Assembly (NCBI GenBank): GCA_013334825.1
Contig: JAAXWR010000001.1
Span: 267,769 to 331,768, forward strand
Direction of reading: 5' to 3'
Origin: Candidatus Yonathbacteria bacterium
GTDB taxonomy: Bacteria > Patescibacteriota > Minisyncoccia > Phycocordibacterales > JACNGX01
DNA: 64,000 nt
The translations under genes were made by a program, and so were the position numbers. Shown piece after piece: positions 18,355 to 27,772 of the stretch (position 1 is its first letter; each line of letters starts with the position of its first letter). The notes beneath the pieces were generated by a model. The model ran no database searches. It was not told the origin of the DNA and saw only the letters and a list, made by a program, of their open reading frames with translations.

Positions 18355-19767
18355 ATGCAAGAAATTCGTCTTTTTAATACGCTTTCACGCACCAAGGAAG
18401 CTTTTGTGCCCCTTGAGTCTTTGCGTGTGACGATGTATCAATGTGGTCCAACGGTGTATTCTACACAGCATATTGGTAATCTTCGTGCCGCTGTTATGGG
18501 TGATTTGGTCGTGCGTGCATTGCGACATCTTGGGTATACAGTAACATTTGTACGTAATTATACTGACGTGGGGCATTTGACTTCTGATGAAGATGAAGGA
18601 GAAGATAAACTGGAAAAGGGTGCGAAACGCGAGAGTATGTCTCCTGAAGCAATTGCCGAGAAGTACATTCGTCAATATGAAGATGATATAACTGCGCTCA
18701 ATCTCATGCCTCCAAGTGTAGCGCCGCGCGCGACGGAACATATTGGAGATATCATCGACATGGTGTCTTCTCTCATCACCAAAGGTTATGCCTATACGAC
18801 CGACCTCGCCGTTTATTTTGATGTGTCACAAGCAAAAGACTACACTCGCCTGTCGGGACAAGATGAAGATGCGCTTCGCGCAGGCGCGGGTACTGGTGAA
18901 GTATCTGACCCAGCGAAAAAAAATCCCCGTGATTTCGCACTTTGGTTCTTTAAGGCAAGCGCGCATGCGCGCGCCCTCCAGACATGGTCTTCACCCTTTT
19001 CCTCCCCTCTCGTCCAACATGGTGAAGGATTTCCGGGATGGCATATTGAATGCTCAGCAATGAGTAACACATATCTCGGCGCTACGATGGATATTCATAT
19101 GGGAGGCATTGAACATGTGTCGGTGCATCATACGAATGAAATCGCGCAGAGTGAAGCTTCAAATGGTGTACCTCCCGCGCGATATTGGATGCATAACGAG
19201 CATTTACTTGTTGATAATACGAAAATGTCAAAATCCCAAGGCACGGGATATGCGCTGGATGATATCCGTTCCCATGGATACAATCCCCTTGCGCTACGGT
19301 ATTTTTTCCTTCAAGCGCACTATCGTTCCAAGCAAAACTTTACGTGGGAAGCACTTGACGCGGCATCACGCGGTTTGCAGAAACTGTATGTGGCCATGCG
19401 AGAACTTCCTCGTGAGAACACTGCTTCTCCTCATCAAGAGACGATGAAGCGTTTTGATACCGCACTTGCTGATGATATAAATGTCCCTCAAGCACTTGCT
19501 GTGGCACACGAAATACTTTCCTCAGATATCTCTCCCGCCGAGAAATGCGCGACGCTTATTGCAATGGATAGTGTGCTCGGGCTTGGTTTGGCAGAGCAAA
19601 CATCTGTAGAAATACCCTCGGACATTCTTTCTCTGGTACATGAACGTGAAGCATATCGTGCGCGTGGTGACTATGCGAATGCTGATCGTATGCGCGATGA
19701 ACTTAAAGCAAAAGGATATGAAATAAAAGACACGGCCGAAGGTGCGCGCGCAGTGAGGACATCATAA
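18355..19767 (+). CDS. cysS: cysteinyl-tRNA synthetase
   Basis: CGPTVYSTQHIGN (HIGH) and KMSKSQG motifs; Zn-binding Cys/His. Confidence 0.9.
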   Translation: MQEIRLFNTLSRTKEAFVPLESLRVTMYQCGPTVYSTQHIGNLRAAVMGDLVVRALRHLGYTVTFVRNYTDVGHLTSDEDEGEDKLEKGAKRESMSPEAIAEKYIRQYEDDITALNLMPPSVAPRATEHIGDIIDMVSSLITKGYAYTTDLAVYFDVSQAKDYTRLSGQDEDALRAGAGTGEVSDPAKKNPRDFALWFFKASAHARALQTWSSPFSSPLVQHGEGFPGWHIECSAMSNTYLGATMDIHMGGIEHVSVHHTNEIAQSEASNGVPPARYWMHNEHLLVDNTKMSKSQGTGYALDDIRSHGYNPLALRYFFLQAHYRSKQNFTWEALDAASRGLQKLYVAMRELPRENTASPHQETMKRFDTALADDINVPQALAVAHEILSSDISPAEKCATLIAMDSVLGLGLAEQTSVEIPSDILSLVHEREAYRARGDYANADRMRDELKAKGYEIKDTAEGARAVRTS

Positions 19768-19811
19768 AAACACGACCTTGGAGGCCGTGTAGAAAAGATA
19801 TAATCTTATTT

Positions 19812-20048
19812 TTAAAAAATTTCTCCCGTTCTGGATGAAATCGAGATGCTGTAATCGGAAGTGATTACTTGATCATCTGTGTCTTCATCAGGTTCAATTA
19901 TCTCTGCGATTTCTTCCATTATCCCAATGGGGTATAACAGAAATGCTCCAAGAGTAGCAGTGACTTTAAAAATTACTCTTGATACAACACGTCTTCCTTC
20001 GGTATCACAAAGAAGGAAAGTGTTTCCTATTGTTTGCAGGATGTCCAT
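19812..20048 (-). CDS. hypothetical protein (78 aa)
   Basis: ORF only. Confidence 0.2.
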   Translation of the reverse strand: MDILQTIGNTFLLCDTEGRRVVSRVIFKVTATLGAFLLYPIGIMEEIAEIIEPDEDTDDQVITSDYSISISSRTGEIF

Positions 20049-20250
20049 TTTGTTTTCGTAAAAGAATCCCTCCCATAGATGAGAGATTGGCGAAATGCCA
20101 CAAATTGATACTACACTAATACCATATAATCATAATTTCATAAAAATGCAAAGTGTCCATGCATGTATTTTGTGACATTAAATCTCGCATTTCTTCAGTT
20201 CCTATAACCTCTCTCCCATTTCCTCCTATAACCTATCACCCCAGTCTTCA

Positions 20251-20865
20251 TTACCGTCTATTGCGAAGTGCATGTACAAATGTATCACTGTCCGAATATT
20301 CAAGCTCAGTACCCGTGGAAAGCCCTTTCCCAAGTACGGTGATGGTGATGGTGTGCTTTTCCGCAATGGGTGCAAGTGTTTTACTTACATACTGTGCTGT
20401 ATTCTCCCCTTCCGCGTTTGCGCCAAAAGCAAGAATAATTTCTTTGAGACCTTGTGATGCTCCGGACTCTACACGAGTGAGTAGTTGTCTGATACGGATG
20501 CGACGCGCGGGATCATCAGAAAGAATAGGAAGTGATCCACCAAGTATGAAATAACGTCCGCTATATGCTCCCATACCATGAATGTTTTCAAAATCCATAT
20601 CTTTTTCGAGCACAAGAAGTGTCGTATTGTCGCGAGCGGGATCGATACATGTAGGACAGAGTGTCGTGCCGTTTTCTTTGCGAAAAAATCGGTAACATGA
20701 CGCGCACTGTTTGATTTCTGATGAAAGACCCGAAATTTGTTGTGCCAATTCATTTCTAAAACTCTCGGGACTGTTTAATAAAAAATACGCAAACCGCCGT
20801 GCTTGACGTGAGCCAATGCCGGGGAAACGTTTGAATGAATCGGTAAGGGTGTCGAGTATGCTCAT
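20251..20865 (-). CDS. recR: recombination protein RecR
   Basis: N-terminal HhH (FKRFPGIGSRQARRFAYFLL), C4 zinc finger (CASC..CPTC), Toprim domain. Confidence 0.9.
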   Translation of the reverse strand: MSILDTLTDSFKRFPGIGSRQARRFAYFLLNSPESFRNELAQQISGLSSEIKQCASCYRFFRKENGTTLCPTCIDPARDNTTLLVLEKDMDFENIHGMGAYSGRYFILGGSLPILSDDPARRIRIRQLLTRVESGASQGLKEIILAFGANAEGENTAQYVSKTLAPIAEKHTITITVLGKGLSTGTELEYSDSDTFVHALRNRR

Positions 20866-20916
20866 ACGCTATAAGTGAAAAAAGAAAAATGGAATATGAA
20901 ATATGAAACAAAAATA

Positions 20917-21333
20917 TTAACGGGAGAGACTTGGATGATTCCGTGAAGTCTTTATAAGACCATTAATTATTTTGTGTACATCTACAGAGGTTAACTCCGC
21001 ATTCGTGAAAGATGTGTCATCAAGTATTCCTATATCGTGTGCAATGATGAGTTGATTTTGTAATTCGGTCAAAGATCCACGTGCCATTGTATAAAAGTGT
21101 ATCTTATCTTTAATTGACTGTCTTCCAAAGCCCTCTGCAATATTAGATGTTATCGAAATGGCACTTCGGCGCATCTGAGAAGATAACCCGAACATCTCTT
21201 CTTTTGGGAAAAAACGCGTCATTCGATACACTTGTAAAACAAGATTATGTCCAAGCTTCCACGCATTTAAATCACGAAAAGTTATAATTTTTGCTGGCGC
21301 TTCATATTTCATATTTCGTGTTTCATAATTCAT
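20917..21333 (-). CDS. four-helix-bundle protein (23S rRNA intervening-sequence protein family, TIGR02436-like)
   Basis: FRDLNAWKLGHNLVLQVYRMTRFFPKEE...SITSNIAEGFGR...SLTELQNQL family signature; true start probably MKYEAP. Confidence 0.75.
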   Translation of the reverse strand: MNYETRNMKYEAPAKIITFRDLNAWKLGHNLVLQVYRMTRFFPKEEMFGLSSQMRRSAISITSNIAEGFGRQSIKDKIHFYTMARGSLTELQNQLIIAHDIGILDDTSFTNAELTSVDVHKIINGLIKTSRNHPSLSR

Positions 21334-21342
21334 AATTCTATC

Positions 21343-22713
21343 TTAAAAAGATTCAAACGGATCTGCCTGCGCGCGCTTATCGATTGAAAGGAATGTCGTC
21401 TGTTTGTCATCGAAGTAGAGCTCAACAAATCCTGTTGGACCGTTACGGTGCTTTTCAATAAGAATCTGCGCAACGTTTGGTTTGTCAGAGTTTTCGTTAA
21501 TTTTATCATCACGATGGATAAACATAACAACGTCCGCGTCCTGTTCGATACTTCCTGAATCGCGAAGGTCAGAAAGTCGTGGCTTGCCCCCACGAGACTC
21601 AACAGCACGAGACAGCTGGGACAAGACGAGAACAGGCACTTCAATTTCACGAGCGAGTGCTTTGATACCATGGGAAAGTTCAGATACCTGGTTGACCATA
21701 TTATCAAAGTGACGACTGGGTGTGATGAGTTGCATATAGTCAATCACAATAAGACCGAGATTGTGCTTCATTTTGAGTTGTCGTGCCATGGAACGCATGC
21801 CCATGATGGTATTGCCCGGTTTGTCGTCAATATAGATGGGCGCCTGTGAGAGTCGTCCTAGGGCGTCTTGGAGACGTTCAAATTCATCATCACCCGAGAG
21901 TTTTCCTGTGCGAAGTTTCCATGCGTCAATGCGTCCCTCAGCCGAGAGCATACGATTGACAAGTTGTTGCGCTGCCATTTCAAGAGAAAAGATGGCAACA
22001 GGGATATTGTGTTTTGTTGCAGCTTGGCGCGCGATATCAAGAGCAAAGGTTGTCTTTCCCATGGAGGGACGTGCAGCAAGGACAACCATGTCTGATGGCT
22101 GAAGTCCCGAAAGCATTTTGTCGAGATCAGCAAACCCCGTCGGTACGCCACGGTATTCACGCTCATCGTTTTGGAGTGACTCATAGTGTTCAAACGCGGC
22201 AGAAAGTGTTTCACCGATTGGCACGAATGAACGTTTGGCGTATGTATTGGTAACGGAAAAAATTTTTTGTTCGGCGGCATCAAGAACTTCTTCCACTTCT
22301 TTTTCATCAGCGTATCCAAGGTCACTAATAATATTGGCAATGTCAATAAGTTCACGTTTGATGGCTTTTGACTTTACGATATGGGCGTAATACTCAGCGT
22401 TTGACGCAGAGGGTACCGCGTCGGCAAGTTCTGAAAGATACGCATTTCCTCCAATACGATCAAGTTGTTTCAAATCACCAAGACGTGCTGAGAGAGATAA
22501 CAGGTCGATAGGATCACCCTTTTTATGGAGATCAAGCATTGTTTCATAAATGATACGGTGCTTATCGGCATAAAATGCTTCAGCAGCGATAATATCCGCG
22601 ATATCAATCATTGACGCGGGCTTGATCATAATGGCACCGAGAAGTGCTTTCTCCGAATCGATATGCTGAGGAGGAATCCTTCCACCAGTTTTTTGTGCCT
22701 GTTGTTGTGCCAT
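21343..22713 (-). CDS. dnaB: replicative DNA helicase DnaB
   Basis: DnaB N-terminal domain (PPQHIDSEKALLGAIM); Walker A GARPSMGKTTFAL; RecA-like core. Confidence 0.9.
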   Translation of the reverse strand: MAQQQAQKTGGRIPPQHIDSEKALLGAIMIKPASMIDIADIIAAEAFYADKHRIIYETMLDLHKKGDPIDLLSLSARLGDLKQLDRIGGNAYLSELADAVPSASNAEYYAHIVKSKAIKRELIDIANIISDLGYADEKEVEEVLDAAEQKIFSVTNTYAKRSFVPIGETLSAAFEHYESLQNDEREYRGVPTGFADLDKMLSGLQPSDMVVLAARPSMGKTTFALDIARQAATKHNIPVAIFSLEMAAQQLVNRMLSAEGRIDAWKLRTGKLSGDDEFERLQDALGRLSQAPIYIDDKPGNTIMGMRSMARQLKMKHNLGLIVIDYMQLITPSRHFDNMVNQVSELSHGIKALAREIEVPVLVLSQLSRAVESRGGKPRLSDLRDSGSIEQDADVVMFIHRDDKINENSDKPNVAQILIEKHRNGPTGFVELYFDDKQTTFLSIDKRAQADPFESF

Positions 22714-22856
22714 GGTCGCTTCATTGTATCACATTGGAGCGGAGCGCGAACCAGTCAAAAAGATACTTTTTCGTGGAGAACATGGGGACAAGACGGGGAG
22801 AACGAAAATTTCTTATACTATCTCAAATAAGCATGACTGTGTATACAAAAACAATA

Positions 22857-22890
22857 AAACAGCCTCCGGGGGCTGTTTTATCGTTTTTGT
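22857..22890. terminator. hairpin terminator (aacagcctcc ggg ggctgtt) with T-tracts
   Basis: aaaacagcctccgggggctgttttatcgttttt. Confidence 0.55.
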
Positions 22891-22895
22891 ATCAA

Positions 22896-23066
22896 TTATT
22901 CCTCAACAGAATGTAAATATTCTTCTATTGTGACGTTTATTTTTTCAAGCAAATCATTCATCTCTGTAAGTATTTCCAGTTTCTCTTCTGAGGAAAGTTG
23001 TGATTCAAGTTGATTAAGTTTTTCTTTGAGGTTACTGATTTGTTGATTAGTTTGTAGTGTGTCCAT
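22896..23066 (-). CDS. small coiled-coil protein (56 aa), hypothetical
   Basis: ATG at 23066 through TAA; below the ORF-track length cutoff; directly upstream of the hairpin terminator. Confidence 0.3.
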   Translation of the reverse strand: MDTLQTNQQISNLKEKLNQLESQLSSEEKLEILTEMNDLLEKINVTIEEYLHSVEE

Positions 23067-23100
23067 AATAGTGCATTAATCCAGTTTAATGAATAAATTA

Positions 23101-23739
23101 TTAAACAATCTCCTTGTTTTGACGTTTGTATTGTTTTCCAAGAGTATTAAATGTTTTGGTAATTTTTTCAGCTGTAATTCCCAAAAAAACACCAAGGCTT
23201 GTTCCAGTCAGAACATTTGCTAAAGCGCTTGCCATTCTCACTCCTGCCTCTGATCTTGTAATTTCTTGTCCGGATCGAATTTCGTCTATCTTTGCGATAC
23301 TATCAACACCAGGCATTAAATTCCATGTGGTAAAGGCACTTTCAGGACTTTGAAGAAAAGTTTGAATTTGTTCGGGAAGATATTTGATTGTCTCATTAAG
23401 AAATTCTGGAGCAATATTTGTTACTGCAGCAAGAGTACCAAGACCTAGTCCTGCAAACATGATTTTCATTTTTGCAAGTTCAGGATCATTATGCTTTTCT
23501 GAAAATTGTATAAAAAAATCTTTGTATAAAGTTGAAATTCTTTCTCGGAGACTCGACGTCTCTTCAGGATGTCGAGATGTAACTTCTTCTGGAAGATTTT
23601 CAAGTCTCGTATTATTTTCTGCAAAGCGTTCCAAAAGATCTTCCGAGCGTTCATTTTCTGCATTAATTTCCGCATTAATTTTTTTCAAATCATCTTCCAT
23701 CTGTGCTGTTGCGTCGAATTCAGATTGTTCGATTGACAT
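23101..23739 (-). CDS. hypothetical protein (coiled-coil N-terminus, hydrophobic C-terminal half)
   Basis: ORF; no recognisable family. Confidence 0.4.
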   Translation of the reverse strand: MSIEQSEFDATAQMEDDLKKINAEINAENERSEDLLERFAENNTRLENLPEEVTSRHPEETSSLRERISTLYKDFFIQFSEKHNDPELAKMKIMFAGLGLGTLAAVTNIAPEFLNETIKYLPEQIQTFLQSPESAFTTWNLMPGVDSIAKIDEIRSGQEITRSEAGVRMASALANVLTGTSLGVFLGITAEKITKTFNTLGKQYKRQNKEIV

Positions 23740-23867
23740 AAAATAAGATATTAAAAAATATGTATAAATTATACAGAAAAAAGAAGATAAAAAACAATTG
23801 ACATTATGATTTATTATATGTTATAATATATACGGTGTTTTTTATGTTAATCAATTTGAGATGAGAT

Positions 23868-24242
23868 ATGGAAAAAATCGTTGCTTTTTTTGCAGGTCTT
23901 GAACCTGTGTACTGGTGGATGATGTTTTCCGCCCTTGCGGTGGGAAACGCCATGTACATGGATGTTTTCTCATTGCGAGGATTGAGAAAAGGAGATTTTC
24001 TCGCAGTATACTCTGCTTTTCTTGGAGGAGCTGTGATGATTATCACTGCACTAGGTGCGGGCTCAATACCATTTTTGAGGAGCATTCTGCACCTCATGGG
24101 AATACTTCATGTTGAGGTATTCTACATGGTTTGTGCATTGACAGTCATTATGGGTTTATTGACACCCTTAATGCTCTCGTCTCTTCACAAACAGCACAAA
24201 CAGAAAGGTTTGAAAGAGAGTGTTCCAGCAGACCCCCTTTAA
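23868..24242 (+). CDS. small integral membrane protein, hypothetical
   Basis: 3-4 predicted TM segments; followed by a terminator hairpin. Confidence 0.5.
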   Translation: MEKIVAFFAGLEPVYWWMMFSALAVGNAMYMDVFSLRGLRKGDFLAVYSAFLGGAVMIITALGAGSIPFLRSILHLMGILHVEVFYMVCALTVIMGLLTPLMLSSLHKQHKQKGLKESVPADPL

Positions 24243-24290
24243 GGGGGTTTATTTTTTAACACAACACCCCGCTTGGACGGGGTGTTGTAA
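24236..24290. terminator. two back-to-back hairpins between convergent genes (cccccttta/aggggg plus T-tract; 11-bp stem acaacaccccg/cggggtgttgt)
   Basis: read from the sequence. Confidence 0.6.
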
Positions 24291-24294
24291 GATG

Positions 24295-24612
24295 TTATTT
24301 GATCTTGGAAACCGTTACTTTGTTGTATGTCTGACGGTGACCGCGCTTTTTGAAGTATCGGCTTTTCGCTTTGTAGCGAATGACCGTTACTTTCTTTGCT
24401 TTGCCTTCTTCGACGAATGCTGCTTCGACAGTCGCTCCTTCAAGGTACGGGGTGCCAATTTTTGTGGTCTTACCGTCGTCAATAAGGAGTACTTTGTCAA
24501 AGACAACCGTCTCCCCTGTTTTAAAGGCCTTGGGGAGCTTCTCCACGGTGAGGTTTTGTCCCTCGCCGATGCGGTATTGTTTTCCGCCTGTTTCAATTAC
24601 TGCAAATGCCAT
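24295..24612 (-). CDS. rplU: 50S ribosomal protein L21
   Basis: MAFAVIETGGKQYRIGEG...VVFDKVLL L21 signature. Confidence 0.9.
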   Translation of the reverse strand: MAFAVIETGGKQYRIGEGQNLTVEKLPKAFKTGETVVFDKVLLIDDGKTTKIGTPYLEGATVEAAFVEEGKAKKVTVIRYKAKSRYFKKRGHRQTYNKVTVSKIK

Positions 24613-24659
24613 AGTGGGTGTATATTACCGCATATCGGCAACGAGCGCAAGTGCTTTAT

Positions 24660-25016
24660 TTTAGGAGATAGGAAAGAGGTCAGAGGTGATAGGGACAGAT
24701 ACTCGAATCAAGCGTGCCCTGCCCCCTACATGGCGTGCTGTGCATCCTACGTGGTGCACAGTGCATAGTGCAGGGAATCACGAAGCACGAATCAAGAATT
24801 AAAGATTACGAAATACGAACGAGTACGCTTGCCCCGCACCCTATGTGGTGCTGGGGAACATACGAACACGAACTTTCTGAAATAAGAATCTCCATGTTGT
24901 AGTATTCGTACATTCCCCCGCACCATGCACGACGCAGGGTGCATGGCACGCCACAAGGATGCGGGGCACGCGTACACATTCGTTATTCGTAAGCGTTCTC
25001 GTAACTCAGTAAAGTC
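24660..25016. repeat. copy (a) of the dispersed ~150-250 bp intergenic repeat family (core gagggacagatactcgaatcaagcgtgccctgcaccctacgtggtgcagggaatcacgaagcacgaa...)
   Basis: about 90% identity to copies at 43690-44080, reverse-complement 39955-40172, reverse-complement 29250-29556, and fragment 49625-49690. Confidence 0.7.
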
Positions 25017-25018
25017 TG

Positions 25019-25657
25019 TCATTCCAGGCTTGACACGGAACCCTGAAGCTCGTTATACCTGATTAGATTTGCCCGATTGGTGATTTCCTGCATCTCATGA
25101 ATCGCACGTTTAATTTGGGGAATATCTTCTTTGAAATCGGAATGACTGTATCGTTCATTATCCGGTGAAGATGCTCTCATTTTTTCAATAGCTGATAGTA
25201 AATCTTCAGGGATTGAATCTTGCCCAAAATGTTTAAAATACTCTTCAAAATCATTTTTTCTTCGTTCAGTTTCCGCTTCTGAAAAACCCATATCCATAAA
25301 CGACCTACCCTCTTGCATATCTACGTGACCAATTATTTTGTTTCGGTTTACTTTGATTTTCTTTATGATGTCAACGTACTTATTTTCCCAATCATGAATA
25401 CGTCGTGTAATTTCTTTGTTGGATATCCTTTCAAGACGCAAGAATCCATGTTTATCTGATCTGGTTACACCGACAACCTTTGCCATGTCCAAAATGATTG
25501 AGTACATATAGACGTCGGATATGAGAGGAAATTTTTCTTTTACTGCATTGTCTGTTTGTATCATTTCATATTCATTGATTTTTCCAAGTAAGTAATTGCT
25601 AATTTGGATTACAACACCCCAAATATTGAAAAAATCTTTTTGTTGTTCATTGGTCAT
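25019..25657 (-). CDS. hypothetical protein with possible HEPN-like Rx4-6H motif (RNKIIGH)
   Basis: ORF; the last 10 codons and the stop are supplied by a copy of the gtcattccaggcttgacacggaacc hairpin motif. Confidence 0.4.
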   Translation of the reverse strand: MTNEQQKDFFNIWGVVIQISNYLLGKINEYEMIQTDNAVKEKFPLISDVYMYSIILDMAKVVGVTRSDKHGFLRLERISNKEITRRIHDWENKYVDIIKKIKVNRNKIIGHVDMQEGRSFMDMGFSEAETERRKNDFEEYFKHFGQDSIPEDLLSAIEKMRASSPDNERYSHSDFKEDIPQIKRAIHEMQEITNRANLIRYNELQGSVSSLE

Positions 25658-25717
25658 AAAATGTTTGTTACTTTCAGTTTGTTTCCGCGTTCGTTCCGCG
25701 ATGTTCTGCGTATATAT

Positions 25718-26836
25718 CTACTCTTCCCTCATTTGTGGTTTTTCAAGTGCTATTGGTTCAAAACCGATTGACTCTTCCCCATCAGTAATTTTAAAGACAT
25801 CTTTGTCGATTTTAGCAAGCTCTTTTTGCGCTTTGTCATAATGATTGACTGTCGTAGAAAGTGACGAGCCGACTTTGGAGAAATATTCTTGATACGCGTT
25901 CAAATGTTTGGTGAGCATACCAACCTGCTTTTCAATCTGCATGGCATGTTCTTCAATTCTAAATGCTTTAAATCCGTACAAGACTGATTGCAGATACGCG
26001 GCAAATGTTGTCGGGGAGACAATAATCACTTTCTTGTCATTGTATGCATAATCAATCAAACTACGGGTATTGACTTTGATAGCGCCGACTTCGTTGACGA
26101 GGAGGTCATAATAAATACCTTCGGCGGGAATATACATAAACGCAAATGGTAATGTCCCTTCTTCGGGGCGAATGTATTTCGCTGTTTCATCAATGCGCTT
26201 TTTCAAATCGTTACGAAAGAGCGTCTCGAGCTCTCCGCGCTTACTTTCATCAGTTTCATTGATGATACGATTGTAATTATCGAGTGAAAACTTCGCGTCG
26301 ATAGGAATAAATCCTTCTTTTGTCTTGATAATCGCATCCACCTGGTCGCCGTTCTTAAAGAGGTGTTGCATTGCATACGCAGTTGGGGGCAGGATATTGC
26401 CGAGTGACAATTCCAAACTTGCCTCACCCAAATTACCGCGTTGTTTTTGATGTTTTAATACCTTCTCAAGGTTTTGGAGTTGTTCTGCAAGAGTAAAAAC
26501 TTGTTTGCTCGACTCCCCCACTTCGGCGACTTCTTTTTTTACCGCAAGAAGATGCGACGTCATTTGTTCGTTCACATCACGGATGAGACGTTGTGATTCT
26601 GAAAATTGCGTGCGGACCGCGTCTTGCATTTCTTTGCGTGATTCACCAAGTTTACCATCGATGGCGCGTGTGAGATTTTCTAATTGGTTTTGAAGAAGCA
26701 TGAAGTTTTCAGCTGTGGAACCATCTGTTTTTGAAACTTCCGCTTCTTGCTCTGTACTACGAAGAAAACGCGCGACGATAATGCCAATGATTGTGCCAAC
26801 GATAATTGCGAGAATAATAATGACGAGAGTGTCCAT
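25718..26836 (-). CDS. rmuC: DNA recombination protein RmuC
   Basis: N-terminal TM, long coiled coil, conserved IPIDAKFSLDNY and FMYIPAEGIYYDLL...VSPTTFAAYLQSV RmuC core. Confidence 0.8.
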   Translation of the reverse strand: MDTLVIIILAIIVGTIIGIIVARFLRSTEQEAEVSKTDGSTAENFMLLQNQLENLTRAIDGKLGESRKEMQDAVRTQFSESQRLIRDVNEQMTSHLLAVKKEVAEVGESSKQVFTLAEQLQNLEKVLKHQKQRGNLGEASLELSLGNILPPTAYAMQHLFKNGDQVDAIIKTKEGFIPIDAKFSLDNYNRIINETDESKRGELETLFRNDLKKRIDETAKYIRPEEGTLPFAFMYIPAEGIYYDLLVNEVGAIKVNTRSLIDYAYNDKKVIIVSPTTFAAYLQSVLYGFKAFRIEEHAMQIEKQVGMLTKHLNAYQEYFSKVGSSLSTTVNHYDKAQKELAKIDKDVFKITDGEESIGFEPIALEKPQMREE

Positions 26837-26895
26837 AAGAGATAAAAACGGTAAAACTATAAACTATAAACGATACACAATGTGACTATGGTATG

Positions 26896-27690
26896 TTAAT
26901 CAAAAAGACCTTTTTGTGGCATGCCACTTTTCCCGAGTGCCTTTCCCAGAACTTCTGTGCGTGCATCAAAGTACCGGCAATGGTCGCAGTCTGGATTTGA
27001 TGCAGGGACCACAGTACTGTCGAGTGTCTTTTTGATATCTGCAATCGTTCCATCAATCCAGTCACCATTACCTGCGTATCCAATAAGGGTGAGTTCAAAT
27101 TCAAGTTTATTATCAAATGCATCGGGTTCTTTTGTGGCATTGGCATATACAAAATATCCCGTATCAGAAACGGCAAAACCGTTTTGACGGAAAAGCCACT
27201 GATATATCTCCATCTGCCTCTTGTATCCATCATGCCAGTCTTGATCGAGCGCATTGATTGCCTCGTCTTTGCTTGTTGATTTATAGTCAACGATGATGAG
27301 TTCTCCTTTTGGATTGACCCACACATCATCCACGGCGCCTGAAATGGTAAGCCCAGTTGGTTTGTGAAATGTCTCGATGCCTTTAAAGTTTTCTCGCCAA
27401 ATATCCATTTGCTGGTGACGAAATGGTACCGCGTCCACACCGTACTGTTCCATGATGGGGTGTTTACTGCCTGCGCTACGGTGTGTATCAAATTCTTTTT
27501 TGAGGAGGGCGTCTACCGCAGAGTTCAAAGAAAATGGGAAGCCAGGCGTGCGGGCAGTACCGAGTTTGTTATCAATATAAAAACAGCGGGGGCATTCAAC
27601 GAATAGGTCTATTTTGGAGCGACTGAGACGAAAGTTTTCGCCCCCGTAGTTCCATTTCGGATTTCTATGAGGTTTGTAGTATTGAGACAT
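26896..27690 (-). CDS. Cas4-like PD-(D/E)XK nuclease with Fe-S-type Cys cluster
   Basis: N-terminal Cys (ECPRCF), IVDYKSTSK motif, C-terminal CDHCRY cluster. Confidence 0.7.
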   Translation of the reverse strand: MSQYYKPHRNPKWNYGGENFRLSRSKIDLFVECPRCFYIDNKLGTARTPGFPFSLNSAVDALLKKEFDTHRSAGSKHPIMEQYGVDAVPFRHQQMDIWRENFKGIETFHKPTGLTISGAVDDVWVNPKGELIIVDYKSTSKDEAINALDQDWHDGYKRQMEIYQWLFRQNGFAVSDTGYFVYANATKEPDAFDNKLEFELTLIGYAGNGDWIDGTIADIKKTLDSTVVPASNPDCDHCRYFDARTEVLGKALGKSGMPQKGLFD

Positions 27691-27746
27691 GGGAATAGTA
27701 TATCAGTATGAGAGGAGGTTAGGAAGTTAGTATAAAAAATAGCCCC

Positions 27747-27772
27747 TCCGTAGAGGGGCTTTAAAAATATCC
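27747..27772 (-). terminator. hairpin agcccctc cgta gaggggct with T-tract on minus strand
   Basis: aaagcccctctacggaggggctatttttt on minus strand. Confidence 0.5.

Noticed and set aside
24220-24768. 182-aa + strand ORF overlapping rplU
   Set aside because: It is antisense to a clear L21 gene and runs through terminator hairpins and the repeat region.
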